A stretch of 64,000 bases of DNA from positions 26,972,001 to 27,036,000 of the forward strand of contig NC_087252.1 in assembly GCF_037042905.1 (NCBI RefSeq). The letters are read 5' to 3'. The notes under the pieces were generated by a model. The model was not told where the DNA came from. It ran no database searches and worked only from the letters and a program-made list of their open reading frames with translations. Positions 33,628 through 48,200 of this stretch are shown piece by piece. The position numbers and the translations under genes are program-made. How positions within the stretch are numbered: the stretch's first letter is position 1; each line of letters opens with the position of its first letter. The stretch comes from Lytechinus pictus. Taxonomy: Eukaryota.

Positions 33628-36600
33628 ACCACCAGATGCAACGTATTTCTTTTGTATTTACTATTATACCTGTATTTGAATCCATTGATGACTGGATGGA
33701 TTTATAGTCACAGGGGGGCATGCCAGCTGAGCGGTGAAAAGGGGTTTTGCTATAAAATTAATGTGTGAATTCAAAAAGGTGGGTTAAATTACGTCATTTG
33801 ACAACATGGGCTAAGTTTAATCCCTAGTTGCTCTAATTTGCAATAAATGAAAGTGAGTAAAGTTAACCCACGTTCGTGAATTCAGGCCATCAAGATCACG
33901 GATTGAACTTCCTGCCAAGTTGCTTGTGCCATATAAGCATACAAGCCATCATGTTCTTTCTTTCTATGGGGTCATCCATACGTTATCCTTCAGGATGGCA
34001 GAATGTGACTCCCGAAACAACCAGGCCTGGATACAATGCCTGAACAATGGAAGAAAATAAAAGTTAACCTGTCGGAGACCAAGCCTGTATGTACACATTG
34101 GCTGCGGTCTACGAAAATGTGTGTTATGGCATAATCATCAAGTATCCACTGGGTTAACTTTGGTTCTTTCGTCCTGGACTTAAGACATTGTTGTGAACAG
34201 TCTTCCTTGTGTCGTATGGCATATCTCTAAACCCTTCAATCCATCTTCTTGCTGCTTCATCTTCTTAGATGGTACATGTATCATGTGTACTATAACAATA
34301 TATTCTTCTTGTCATCAATGGACTTATGCAACTTTGAAACCCACCTGCTTTTTCAAGTTCTTAAGATCATATTTATAAAACATTGATTTGTATGTAGACT
34401 CTTACCGAGCGGCAATCCTTAGCCAGATATCCTAGTTTGCCAAATTTTCTGCTGTATATTTCCCAAAGTATAGACTCACCTTACTCATTTTTTGCAACAT
34501 TTTTCTGGGAGTGTTTGAGAGACATATGCCCTCTGTCAATAGCACCTATCTTGACAAGGATTTTTTTTTCTTCAAACCATGAATAATAGCAACTGTTCTC
34601 CAATCCTTGAGAAAGAATGAAAATATTTTCATTTTTTTCAACTTTTTGTAAATATTCTAACTTGGCCAAGGCAATTCATTCAGAAAGAAATTTAATGATA
34701 TGTTTAACTTTGGAATAATACATCTGCACATAATCTAGATTTTGATATAACAAGTGAAACAGCACACATAATATAAATTGTACTTGTTACCTTAACTTCA
34801 AACTTTTTAGGATGTGACATGTAGCAAGTGTTTGCTCCTCAGGATTTTTGATACAGAATATATCATGTCGGATGGTTGTAAATAAAATTCAAATATTTGT
34901 AATTAAAATCAATCGCTATGGTAAGATTTATACACTTGCTGTAGTTTGATGAACAAACGACGATGTGTTTTTACGGTTCATGTAGATAACAAACATTGTG
35001 AGTTCAAGAAGTACTACGCTCTCATATATCCATGTCTAGTGTAAATTGATATGTCAATGATTTTGATGTGATATTGAGCTAAATTATGATTAAAAGTGTT
35101 ATCCAAAAGTGTTTAAGAAAGAAAAATCTTGGGAGTTCAATACAAGAGAAAAGCCTTGTTTTTCCTGCAATGAAGCATGTGAAAGACGGCTGTTTGTACT
35201 AAATATTCACTTATTGTAACGCTCAACATATTTTGTAGTCAACTGAAAATTCATGTTCAGCCTTTTCATTGATGCCCATGTGCAATTAACATGTAGTGCA
35301 GAAAATATTTCATGTTTTCTGTCTACCAAACGGTAATCATGTCATATTAATATGCAGAAATATCATCAGCTAAGAAGCGAAAATTCATGTATTTTACGTA
35401 TGGATCAAGTTTTTCTATAGAATTCCAAATATACATGTACCAAATAATGAACGAGAGTAATAATTTCATCCAAAGAATTCTAGTGATCAAACGATGAGTG
35501 CCTTTTTACATACAGTACATGTTGAATTGATGACAGTACATTTTGTAGTTATGCTGTACCTCGATCAAAATAACCCACCAATTTTTTTATATAGTATTTG
35601 AGATATGTAACTGTAAGGAGTGCATTGTTTCTGGTGGTTTAGCAAGTGATGCAACAGTTCTCGCGACCACATATATATTCAGCAGTAGTATTAGTAGAGA
35701 GATGTTGGACATGAATGTGCAAAATGTGTGTTAATAACATCTAAGTCAAAATTACCCAAAGTAGACAGAATTCAGTGGTCCCAAAACATTCTACTTATGC
35801 AGAGTCCCCTATATATGATTTGAAGGTTGCATATATGTATGCTTCGACAAAGTGTGATAAATATGATTTGACAAGTTACTTTTTTAGATACCACTAAAAA
35901 ATGCACAGCAACTTTTCAATCTATTTGAAAATTGACATCATACCTACTTTAAAATGACAACATTGAACTTGAAATCTCCCATTATTTTATGCTCCAACTT
36001 TTATGATTCTCATCAAGCTTTTGCAGACTTTCATTTTTTTTCTCCAAAAATCTCTCTGCTTTTACTGCTTCTTCGACTCAAAGAAGTTTTATACTTGTGG
36101 TAGCGAGACCTGAATGGTATCCTATAGGTAGGCATGTATCGAGGAGCATGCTCGTTTTTATATGCACCACATATTTATGGCAAATTTCCTTCGAAAGAAG
36201 TATATGTAATCTCAATCTGGTAATTATACTGAATGTAGAATACACGTACATTGTTTTGAAGAGTAGACATTTTAAGTTGTCTTAAGAAAGCATAAAATTT
36301 AGTTTTAATCTATCGTCGTCGGAGGGAAGAGATGTAAGTATTCTGTGATATGCCAATGTGTTGTTTAAAGCATTGTCTTTCCATGTGTGCCATTATATTG
36401 TACTTTCTAATATGCAGATTGATTGGTGAATTAATATAATACTGTAACTTTTATTACTTTATAACCATATCATTTGGGATAATCCACATTTCGGAAAAAA
36501 AGGGGGGCATCAGGACTTGGGTTGTTGGTAATTTGGACACAACTTTCACAGGTTTTTTTTTGTTAAATTTATTTGTATTTCCTTTTTTTTTTTGGGGGGG

Positions 36601-38033
36601 GGTGAGAGTATTAAGTTAATGCCCAATAACTGCAAAGAAATTTGAATTCCTTTTTACATAGAAAAGATCCTGAGCACTTCAAAAACTTATAAAATGGTAT
36701 TTAGGTTCTCTTAACTCTTTTTTTTTTCGTGTCGAATTTAATTCTAATTTTCTGTTTTATATTTATTTCTATGGAGTAAATCCATAGGATTAAACATAAA
36801 ACACTGAATTTATGATGATATCGTAGACAATGTGTGTAGATATGAGAGATGAGTGTTGACATTGATTGCAATCTGGTTTTATTATAAAAATGTAATTATT
36901 ATAAAAATGAGATTGAATGTGTGTTGAATACTTGTAGTTAGATGAATGCTATATAAGTTATTTTAGGGCCAGCCTGTAAAAAGGTCCACAATGTTATGTC
37001 CCTATTTTGGGATTATTATATATCTCCAATCATGTTTTCCATAATATCTCTAAGTTCTAATGCTCTTCAAGTTGATTGTGTAGTGGTGTAGAAAATTAAA
37101 TTGATTTTCTTTGATTTCTCACCAAAATGTGCTTGCTGTACTAAGAACATACATGTATATTCTTTGTTTGATTTGTTGCTGGATGTATAAATTGTTCATC
37201 CTTTTCAATGTCGGTTGCAATTTTGGTTCTGATTTTTAAATCTGAATGATGTTTAAAAGTACTTTTCTATGTCTAGTTCTTGAAGTGAATATCTTTTTTT
37301 TTTCCATGTGTTACTGATTATCTATTTGTATTGTTGACAACTCTTAAATTAGTTTCTTTTTATAGAATTTGAATTCATGTATTTCATGTATAATCTACTG
37401 TTCATTCTTGGAATGGAATGGCAATTGGAATGAGTAAAAATAAATTTATACACGAAGAACACTGAAGTGACAACATATATTGTCACATGGTTTACCAAAG
37501 GGTGTTAACACTAGTGCATCAAATACTGTACGCTGACAGAATGGCGTCAGCCCTGGCGTGCACTTCATTTTGACGGCAAGCTTGCCTGAGCCGACACTTC
37601 TAACCTAAATGTAAACAATTTGTTGCACTCCTGTGTACGGCCTTTTTTCAGCCATCTGATGATATATTGTTCCTTTCGGAAAGTAGATATACATATTTTA
37701 ATGCCTTATATCCTAACAGCCTGGTGCAGGAACAAACCAGTACAAACCACTTGATCAGTATAAGATTTTGGTAGTCATTTTTAAACTTTTCTAGTCAATG
37801 GTAATAAAAGCCAACAAAGTGTCGATTCAAATCGAGATTCTTATGTGATATTTACATCTAGTACTATTGCAAAAATCTGTCAGTCATGGTTTTTTGTGAC
37901 AAATCTTTTTTTTTGTAATTTCTAAGCATTTTAAAAATGTGTTTTTATCATTCTCGTGTGAGCTGTGTAGTTTTCATTATGATTGTTATTATCATGGTTT
38001 TATGGGTGTACCGTTGCCACTTTTGTGCAAACA

Positions 38034-38039
38034 AATAAA
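38034..38039 (+). terminator. candidate distal polyadenylation signal of NCAM-like gene
   Basis: AATAAA followed by GT/T-rich tract (tgtattttcttgtcgtgctcttg); sequence character changes afterwards. Confidence 0.4.
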
Positions 38040-38651
38040 TCTCTTGTCAGTGTATTTTCTTGTCGTGCTCTTGCTTTTGGATTAGTTTTTCAGAAAATGT
38101 GAAAGTGAATGGAAAGGAAACTAAGAGAAAGAGGGGGGAGGGATGGTAGAAAAGGCAGGATGGGAGATTATTTGGGTATACAGAGACGGGATTCGAGGGA
38201 GAGAGGGCATCACTGGGAGTGAATGAGCTATTGAAATACAATAAAACATCATTCTAAATGGGAGGGAAAAAAAGTAAAATTCTACTTGAAAGTCAGAAAA
38301 GAAATTTCTTTCAGAAAATTTGATAATCAAATTGTACCTTTTGGATTATCATCTACCGGTTACTGGTTCTTGTATAATGCACATGTATTTACTGTGTGTT
38401 TACAAGAGAACAGGATGGATGGAAATGGACAAGAAAGACATTCATTTCTTTATAATTATATTTAATTAATTCCCATTCACAATAAATACATTTTGTTATT
38501 CCATTTATTCATACATTTCAATATAGATGAAACAATGAAATATACACATGGTGTAATTTGTAATGAAACGGACTGGACAATACTAGAGTTTCGCAATCAC
38601 CACACAGCCTCTCTGTGTAGCGCCCTGATAGACCAGTTCGTAGTTACTCAT

Positions 38652-38936
38652 GGAGCGTTGTGGCCCAGTGGATTAGTCTTCAGACTTTGAAACAGAGGGT
38701 CGTGGGTTCGAATCCCAGCCATGGCGTAATTTCCTTCAGCAAGAAATGTATTCACATTGTGCTGCACTCAACCCAGGTGAGGTGAATGGGTACCCGGTAG
38801 GATTAATTCCTTGAATGCATGAGCGCTGAAAGGCAGCTCGAGCTAAAGCCGGGGTAATAATAATGATAACATCGCGCCTTGGAATAGAATATTTCTAGAT
38901 AGAGGGCGCTATATAAATGCCTATTATTATTATTAT
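38652..38936 (+). mobile_element. tRNA-derived SINE
   Basis: A-box tggcccagtgg, B-box ggttcgaatccc, core tgctgcactcaacccaggtgaggtgaatgggtac, (TAT)n tail. Confidence 0.85.
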
Positions 38937-39800
38937 GGACAATTTTCGGTCAAATGACCTTTCATTATGATAGGCAGATTTCAAAGCAAAATATTACGTA
39001 AGCTTGCCTTACATAGCAGGATGAAGAAATTGAATAGACCAGGTGACTAGAATAGCACACCAATGAACACTTCATGAAGGTATCTGTTGCATTCCTACTT
39101 TGAATGCATATCATAGCATGTTGCACAATGTACTTGGCAAACTGAAAACCAGTCGTTCGTGGACGCGTTGTGGTTTTTTGTGGATGTAAATGAGAACCAC
39201 AATTCAAAAGAATATATGAATAATCAAGACATCAAAGTTGGTGCTTGTCTCAGATTTTAAACCACCATGTCACTTTAGTACAAATGACCTTCCTCTGATC
39301 AAGCGCAGAGAGGAACTACGAACTGGCTTTTCCTTTGAAAATACAAGTCAAACCACAATGGAAAGCCGAGAGGCTATTGTCGAAAGCATGGTGGACCGGG
39401 GACAGCAGCGTAGTGTCTTTACGCTGGATACCAACATATACTTGTAATTGTTCGTCGGTATAAATCTTCGGATGATCTGCTGTCCTGGGGCCCGTAACGC
39501 AATACTTAGCAATGATCGTAGAACAATTTTCTATGATCGATTCCATTGACTACAATGTACAATTAATCGTGAAAAATCAAGCTTACGATCAATCGCTAAC
39601 CTTTGTGTTACGGGCCCCTGTGAGTGGTCCACCAACATTCGACAAAAGCTTTCCATTGTGATTTGACTTGCATTTTTAAAGGAATTGTGGTGTTGTTGAG
39701 AGCGGCCACATAAGATTGCGAAAACTCTCTATTTATCTTGAGCAGTCCATAATAGAATACTGGATTTGATACTTTCGAAAGATTGGAATGTATAATTCGC

Positions 39801-39806
39801 TTTATT
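39801..39806 (-). terminator. candidate polyadenylation signal of FDXACB1
   Basis: tttatt on plus strand (AATAAA on minus) ~1 kb downstream of the stop codon. Confidence 0.35.
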
Positions 39807-40788
39807 AAACCTAAAACCTTCATAGTTCATACAACAAAGTATTAAAAGGGAAACTCAAATGGGAAAAAATCATTTCAAACAAAAGAAATCAAACACATAA
39901 TTCATGGTTGTATTCATATCTATATTAAAGAAACATTGCACCGACAATCCTAAAAAAAAACAGTCATATACATCATATATAACGACACTAGGATACAGTA
40001 ACAGTTTCAAAAGTATGTAACAAGCTCTTTAGTGTAGAATACTGAAATAATCTTCTTACATGCATCTTATTTGTCAGTTTCTTATATCTTCTTTGTAGTT
40101 CTTTCTCATATCAATCTTGTTGCAGCCAAAATTACAAGGTGGACAAATATTAACATGGAGAGCAGTTGATTTTACACTTGTTTCTTTTCTTGAAGGTCAA
40201 GTCACTCTGTCAATAAATAACAAAGGAGCATGGTGATTGGTCAAAAACAATTGATGATTTCATGTTCAGTGTTTTGGTTGATGTTATAGATGCAAAATTA
40301 AAACTTCCTAGTTTCAAGACTTCATGTGAGCTTAAAAAGATGATCTAAATAACATCAAATGATGGATCAACACCTAATGACCAGCTCCATCTTAAATTTG
40401 GTGATGTGCTAATGTAACAACTTGAGTTAACAGCAATCCTATAGGGTCAACACTGAACTTGGAATCACTTAGAAAATGCATACTAGATTGTTCATCATAT
40501 TTGTCAAACACTTTGAATAGCAATATGCATTCCAGACAATCGTGGCGATAGCATCCCATAATTCAGATTTTACTACATGAAGCTCAACTTTCTTTATAAG
40601 ATGGGACACAAGGTTCTATAGGTCTACTGTTTCACATTTTCTACTACCATAAAGGTTATAATAATGACACTTGTTAAAAAATATAGATATCTGTCATCAG
40701 AAAGTACATACATATATTACAAGAAAGGTTTATGGATGTCTGATGTGGAAGATGTCTTAATAAATTAAGTAAATCCAGCACAACTTGT

Positions 40789-42211
40789 TTATTTAGGATT
40801 TACACCTAGGCCTGGACACTCATCGAGTGCCTTTCTCACATCCAACTGGAGCTGTGTTGCTTCCTGCCTCGTAAGTGCCCTGTCGCAAGACTGGTACACA
40901 AGTCTATAGTTGTAGCTTATCTTCTGATTGACATACTTGTGGAGGAAATGAACTTCTCGTACGAGGTCACAGGTCACGGCCCGAATCAATGAATAGAAGT
41001 GAAATTCATCGTAGGTGGCATCGTTGAGCCAAAAGCTAATATCATGAGTGTACGCAGGGGGGTGAAGGCTGTACCCTTCCAGGGAAGGCGATGATATCGG
41101 ATCAGATTCTGAACATCTTTCAACAGATTCTGAAAACTTGGTGAATATCCTGTCATCTGCTGACCAAAATAAACGTATATCTTTCACATTGTATTTCACC
41201 ATTGCGATGGTGTCAATGTTAAAAGTGCAATAGCTGTAACTCCATCCTCCTGATTGGAAGATCCCACACTGACCTATAGTGAATGCGGAATCCGAGGCCT
41301 CATTCGATCCTTCCACTTTGAACAAAAGGGACCCATGTTTGCTAGTGGAACCATCCTGATCCCCAAGACATTCATTAATTGAAACAGATCCCTTGTCTCT
41401 TAGAAGATTAGCCGATACCCTTAAGACTTTATCTTTAAATGATTTAGACAATTTTCCTGAATCTCCTTGATCTGTTCGAACCACTATCAGGCTTTGGTGA
41501 AGAATTGGATAAAGGTTTGGGAGAATGCCGCAGCGACGGAAAACTCTGCCACAGATGTAGACACCCTGAGAAACCGTATCTCCAAGACTGCAAGGGACGT
41601 GAGTAAGAAGTGTAGGCCTTAGAATAAAGTGCTTCTTGGTATGTCCTGATGCAGATTGATACCTTGGGACTTTGGCAAGAGGTGTATTATGAGGTCCATT
41701 GCTAACACTATGATGAGAATTTGAATGGACTGTTCTAGTATTCCCAGTCCTTGAATTTTCCTCTGAGGAGACAACACTGTCCTGCTTCAAAGTTTCCTTG
41801 TTTGAAGAATCTGAGTCACTGTCATCTTCAACCACTAATTCTCCATCTTTCTCACTGTCGACTGCTATCCGTGGTACATAAGTGCATGAGACTGATACTA
41901 CACTATTGCCATCTGATGATGATGATGAAGGTTGTTGATGTGACGCGACGGTTCCAAGAACTGCGCCTTGTGGTACACCACTGCTCTGATTGCCGTGGCT
42001 CCCGTTATGCTGTAGAATATGTGGAGTCCTTTTGAGATGGTACAGCTCGGAAGGGGAACAATGACCAGTAGTGATTGCATCTTCTAAATCCAACACAAGA
42101 GGGAGCTCTTTATCTTGACAATATTTAATGTCTTTGAATGATTCATCAATCTGTCCATGTAAATCTCTTGAGACAAGTGACACAGGGTGATGAGCCTCTG
42201 ACAATATATCT
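40789..42211 (-). CDS. FDXACB1: FDXACB1 last coding exon
   Basis: ttttag|a, 474 codons to TAA; C-terminal FDX-ACB domain. Confidence 0.92.
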
Positions 42212-45200
42212 CTAAAAATAGACAAAAAGATTGATCACATTTGAATTACAACAGCACAAACACCCACACCTGATAAAGTAAATAACTAAGACTTAAAATC
42301 ACTCTTCATATCACGTTATTCCCCAAGTGGGCCAACGAATAAACCAATATATACTAATTATAGCTCGGAATGTCCTACCGGTACTTGCATTTTAGAATAT
42401 CGAAAGTGATTGTACTTCAGGACTTCTCTGTTTGCCCTGAACATTCACTTCTTGGTGCATCAATGAACCTAGTGCTGAGAATATACAGGCCTAACAGCAT
42501 ACACGTTTGTATGTTTTATCAACTTCCGCCCATGACTTTTGGTATACTCATACTTTTCAAGTTCACTTATTTATTCCAGTTCTTTTTGCAATTTCCCCTG
42601 CTGAGATAAAGTTGACCTTGCTAACTACCAAGGCAAGTTTTAAAACCCTTTTAAGGAATTTTGGGGATTTCATGGGCTTTGCAACAACATTGAAGTGATC
42701 AAAGGATCACTCTGACATCAAGAAACTAACTGATCGAGAACATAGGCAGCAATTTCGAGAGACTTGCTTTTTGTTCATATTATGTAGGGGGTGTCAAGCT
42801 GCCAATGATTAACACACATAGGAAATAAATGTTACCTGTCTATCACTCGATGGAGATCAACTGGACAGTCTAAAGTAACCACCCCTTGGTCCGTCTGGAT
42901 GGCTAGTTCTGTAGGTGTCTGACAGGGCTGGGTGTGGATGTGTTCCTCGCTCCTCTCGAAGATGTGGGTTATGGAACTCTGTGTCAAAAAGCCTTTGGAC
43001 TGACTCCTGTATGCAGGAAATAAGTCACACAACTTTTTTCAAATGCAATTTAATCAAAATCGAATTCATTTCAATTAAACAAATGAATTACTTAACATTT
43101 AATTAAGATTTCTTTGTCGTCAAGTATACAGAGGTATACAATGTTATTCAAATGACAGAAATTAAAACATGGTAACTCCCTTCTCTTCTATATAAGACCG
43201 GTGTGTTGGCTCAGTTGGTAGAGCGGTCTGTCTCAAACCCCGGCCGCGTCAGACCAAAAGACGTTAAAAGATGGGAGTTGCTGCTACCCTGTTTGGCGTT
43301 CAATAATTAAAGGGATAGAGCCTAGTCGATCTGGCACTGCACAGCGGCTGCCCGGTTCATTGACCCTAGATGAACTTTGACCTTGAACATGTGACCTGAA
43401 ACTGAAGCAAGACAATCACTGATACTTGACCCTTATGTCCAAGTTTCATGAAAAAATATACTTTCAAGTTATGACATCAAGCTTTGTTAAGACTTAATTG
43501 TTGACACCCCAACATGGTCAAAGTTCATTGATTTTACAATAAAAAAATGCTGACCTTGATCATGTGACTTGAAACTGAGGCAAGACAATCAGTGATAATT
43601 AATTACCCTTATGTCAAAAATCATGAATAAGAGCCATATACTTTTATAAATCATTATAAAATTTTAAGTTAAACCTTAATTGGGTTAAGATTTCTTTGCT
43701 GATACAACATGGTCAGAGTTCATTGACCCTACACGTAAATGAACTTTGACCTTGATCATGTGGCCTGAAACTGAAGCAAGGCGATCAATGATACTTGATT
43801 ACCATTATGTCCAAGTTTAAAGTTAAACTTAATTTGTTAAGATTTCATCGCTGATACCATACCCCAACATGGTCAAAGTTCATTGACCCTACAATGAACT
43901 TTGACCTTGATCACGTGACTTGCAACTGAATCAAGTCAATCAGTGAAATTTGATTACCCTTATGTCCCAGTTTCATGACAATTACCCATGTATACTTGTG
44001 AACTTAATTATTATATTTTGAAATGTTAACCCTCATTCCCCCCCCCCGACAATTTTTGTGATATATCTGCTGCGCAAATTTTTTTGACCTCGCCGCTTAT
44101 TGACTTTTTACTTTCAAGTCTCGCACAAATTTTGAGACTAAATTTGTGAAGCCCGGTTACGACATTACGCAACATTATGTAAGTGCATGTCAGACCCCAA
44201 ATTGCTCATAAACGTGATTTCATTTACAAATCCAATGCAGATTGTGTATTAGCCAAAATTCATAAATGTATCATTATTTCTACTTTTACTGATTAAACTT
44301 AATTAATTTTGCCTTGTTCATGATCAGAATTGAGTCTGGAACGATTTCCATAGAAAAAACAATAAAAAAACAAAAAGTAAAAAAATAAGTGTATAAGAAA
44401 TTAAAAAACAATAAAATACATAAGAAATCGGTCTTGGTACCAGAATTTTTTTCATTCACAATTGTTAGGAATGCTATAAAGAATATTTTCACCAAAAAAT
44501 TAGCATAATTAATTAATATAATATAAAAATATATGAATTCAGTGAAATTTACCAATGCAACTGCGTAGATTACGTCATTCTCTACCATCATGCAAATTTT
44601 TGTTGTGATCGCGTAATCCGCGGCTGAGATCTTAAGGGGGGCCATAATGGCTCCCCCTGGAATGACAAGAATCAAAATACCCCGGGATATTTAGGGTTAA
44701 CTTACAAACAGCTGTATGAAACACCCAACACCTACCAGGTGAGTGTTTCATAAAGGTATTCCTAACTTATGATCGACTTTACAAATGACTGGTGACCCTT
44801 TCTTAGGATATAAATCAATGAAAGTCATATCGTTGACCACAAGAAAGAATCACAAGTTGTTCGTAAAGTCCATTGTAACTTACAGCTTTATGAAACACCC
44901 ACCCTTGGTGGATCACAGAGTGTGAGTCCCGTGCAAGCCACAATTCATTGTTTCCCCCCCAAGTAGTGTACCTGTAGCCTGTGCAGTCATAATCCTCATA
45001 ATCCTTGGCACAAAAGGGCATCGTCCTGGTCAAGATGAACGCCCCGTAGGCTGCCATGGCTACGACCTGCCATGAATTGCCCCATATCCTCTGTGGTTGG
45101 TCAGCAGGCGTTCCTCCCTGGCCGTTGCAGAGGGTGAGGAAGACTTGACCTGAGGGTGACAGTCTCTGGGAGCAGCTGGAGAGGAAATTCACTAAAGGAT

Positions 45201-48200
45201 TTGATCAATTATTCTTTGGTGTAGAGAGGAAAAGAAAAAACTCTGGGGCTCTGGCAATTTCGCCTCAAAATGTTATAAAGAGCCCTGGGCCCTGTCTTAC
45301 AAAGAGTTACGATTGATCCGATCAATCAAAATTCTATGGAAATCCAGTATTGTCATAATATTTTCTACAAGAAATTTAAAAAGTGTCTTTTGTAAACAAA
45401 AAGCACACTGAATTTTCAAGAAAACCATGGATGTATGAATTCATCATAGAAAATACTTTGAACATGCATTTCAGATGTTGACATTCCTGGCTTTCCACAA
45501 CTCTTTGTAAGACAGTGTGATTGATAGGATCATTCGCAACTCTTTGTAAGACAGTGTGATTGATTGGATCAATCGCAACTCTTTGTAAGACAGTGTGATT
45601 GATTGGATCAATCGCAACTCTTGTAAGACGGTGTGATTGATTGGATCAATCGCAACTCTTTGTAACACAGTGTGATTGATTGGATCAATCGCAACTCTTT
45701 GTAAGGCAGTGTGATTGATTGGATCAATCGCAACTCTTTGTAAGGCAGTGTGATTGATTGGATCAATCGCAACTCTTTGTATTAAAGATGGTGTGATTGA
45801 TTGGATCACTCGCAACTCTTTGTAAGACAGTGTAATTGATTGGATCAATCACGACTCTTTGTAAGGCGTTGTGATTGATTGAATCAATCGCAACTCTTTG
45901 TAAGACAGTGTAATTGATTGGATCAATCACGACTCTTTGTAAGGCGTTGTGATTGATTGAATCAATCGCAACTCTTTGTAAGGCGGTGTGATTGATTGGA
46001 TCAATCGCAACTCTTTGTATTAAAGATGGTGTGATTGATTGGATCAATTGCAACTCTTTGTAAGACGGTGTGATTGATTGGATCAATCGCAACTCTTTGT
46101 AAGACGGAGCCCTGGACGATCCCCATTCACTGCAATGTTAAAGCTCATCCAATGTTGTAGATTTCCAACGCAGGATGTGAAAAGAGGCAAGGTAGTCACC
46201 TGTTGTGTATATTATTAATTACCGTCTTGTCGGAATTTTGACTTTTCAGACAAGTTTCAAAGTTTTTTTAAGGTTAAATACAGCAAGATAATTTTTATTT
46301 GTGTCTTATAAAGGGTAATCGTGTGCCTATACGGCCCACACTGTGAAGCCAGATTGATTTAGGGCATGGTCTTACTCTGTGTTAGAATTATGGGAAGCCA
46401 AAAAAATCAAAATTGCATTGACATTATATGTTTTTTACCTTTACTTAGCTCTTTCTTCATATTTTAATGATGAAAAAAAATAATTTCAGTATGTATGTCT
46501 TGAAAGAGACTATGAAATAAACTGAAATACATATTTGTAAATAAAGGTTGTAACCTTAAACTAACCTGACTTGTGTGTCATTATGAGTGTCTGCCAGTTT
46601 GTTAACTTACATTGGAGTACAAGGGACCAAGCACCAGGCCACCAGGGGCCCATTGCATAAAAGTTACCATTATGGTATCGTTGCCATGCAATGGTATCTT
46701 TCATGGAATCCTTGATTCTGATGAGCATTGTTGCCATGGCAGTTGCCATTGGATGGCAAAGTTACTATAATAGTAACTTTTATGCAACGGGCCCCATGAG
46801 TTTGTTTTTCTACATGAAGCAACATTACAAATTGTAACAGATGCCGCCTCTCTAGGGTGATGACAGTACTTGGTGGTTATGAAATAATAATTGTGGTAGT
46901 AATTGTGCTAATCATGGTAGTTATTATGATGGTGATGATAATGGTAACGAACTGACAAAGGTGATGATGACGGTGACAATGGTGGTGGCAGCAGTGATGG
47001 TGATGACTAGCTTTAGCGGTGATGTTAGGACAATGGTGATCAAGTCAATGGGTATACTGGCGATGATGGTGGTCATCACGATGGAGATGACGGATGCCAA
47101 TTTTGACAATGATTGTGATGATCATGATGAGTGTGCTCGGCTAGAAATCTTCGGACTTCCAGATTTTAGTTGAAAGAGATTCTTTCAGAATTGATTTTCA
47201 TTTCTGGGAATGCTATACCGGTAAATCACAACTACCGGGTAAAGAAAAAAGCAATAAAATGTCACAGAATAGACAATGGTGTCTTTTATGACAGGTGCAG
47301 ACCCAGGGGGGGGGGGGGGCTCAGAAGGTGCGCGCCGCGTGCACCCTGTAAAATTTGAAAATATAATGGGCGCCGTGGTAGAATGCCTTAAGGCCACCGC
47401 ACACCTTACGACTGTTCGCGATCCGATTTTTGAACAAATCGCATTTTGCTCATTTCCTGAAAATGTGAATGGAACATATCATTTTATTTGAGGTTAAAAT
47501 TAATTGAAAGAATACTAATATAACCATTTTGAAAGATTGCAAGCCTTTATTTTGGATTAAAGGCCAAATTAGTTTGAAATCGTAGCCAATGGTACGACTG
47601 CTATGACGTCATTACGACTAGATATTAAATTCGCTTTTATTCTAAGAAGGATGATAGCATAGTCACAGAATTGAACATAGGTATTCGTACGATGAATTAG
47701 AGCATTACACAGTAAGATATTTCAAGTCTCAATATTAGCATCAAATTCTACTACATTTTATTCTGAAATGGGTCGCAGACCAATCGTAAGGTGTGCGGTC
47801 GCCTTTAGAATTACGCAACTCATAAAATAAGCGATGACCCCCATCCCCTTTTTTCAGACATAATAGCACAACTGAAAGTCAGACTGTGGATCTGTGCATG
47901 TATGATATAATTACCATTCAAAGAATCGCTTGAGTAGGTCCCTGTTTCTCCCAATATTCCCTTTCCCGCCAACATGGGGAAAGTTGAAGATAATTGCATC
48001 GTACGGGGCTCCCTCTAGAGAAGTGTACTGGTCAAGCTTGGTGGCATCGATCCCAAAGACAACACAAGCTCCTGTTAAAAGTAAATTTATATGGATGAAG
48101 AGCAGTCTTTGTTTAGTGAGCTAAAACATCAGAATTTGGAGCTACAATACTACATCAAATCCATGTGATTAAGAAACTTAGGGTACAAAGTATTTGAGAT

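Noticed and set aside
39238..39447. Short ORF between the two convergent genes
   Set aside because: Non-ATG start, no recognisable domain and no convincing splice sites.
45500..46107. CRISPR-like array of ~39-bp partly palindromic repeats
   Set aside because: Units are head-to-tail with no unique spacers, there are no cas genes, the context is a eukaryotic intron, and the unit derives from a MITE TIR.
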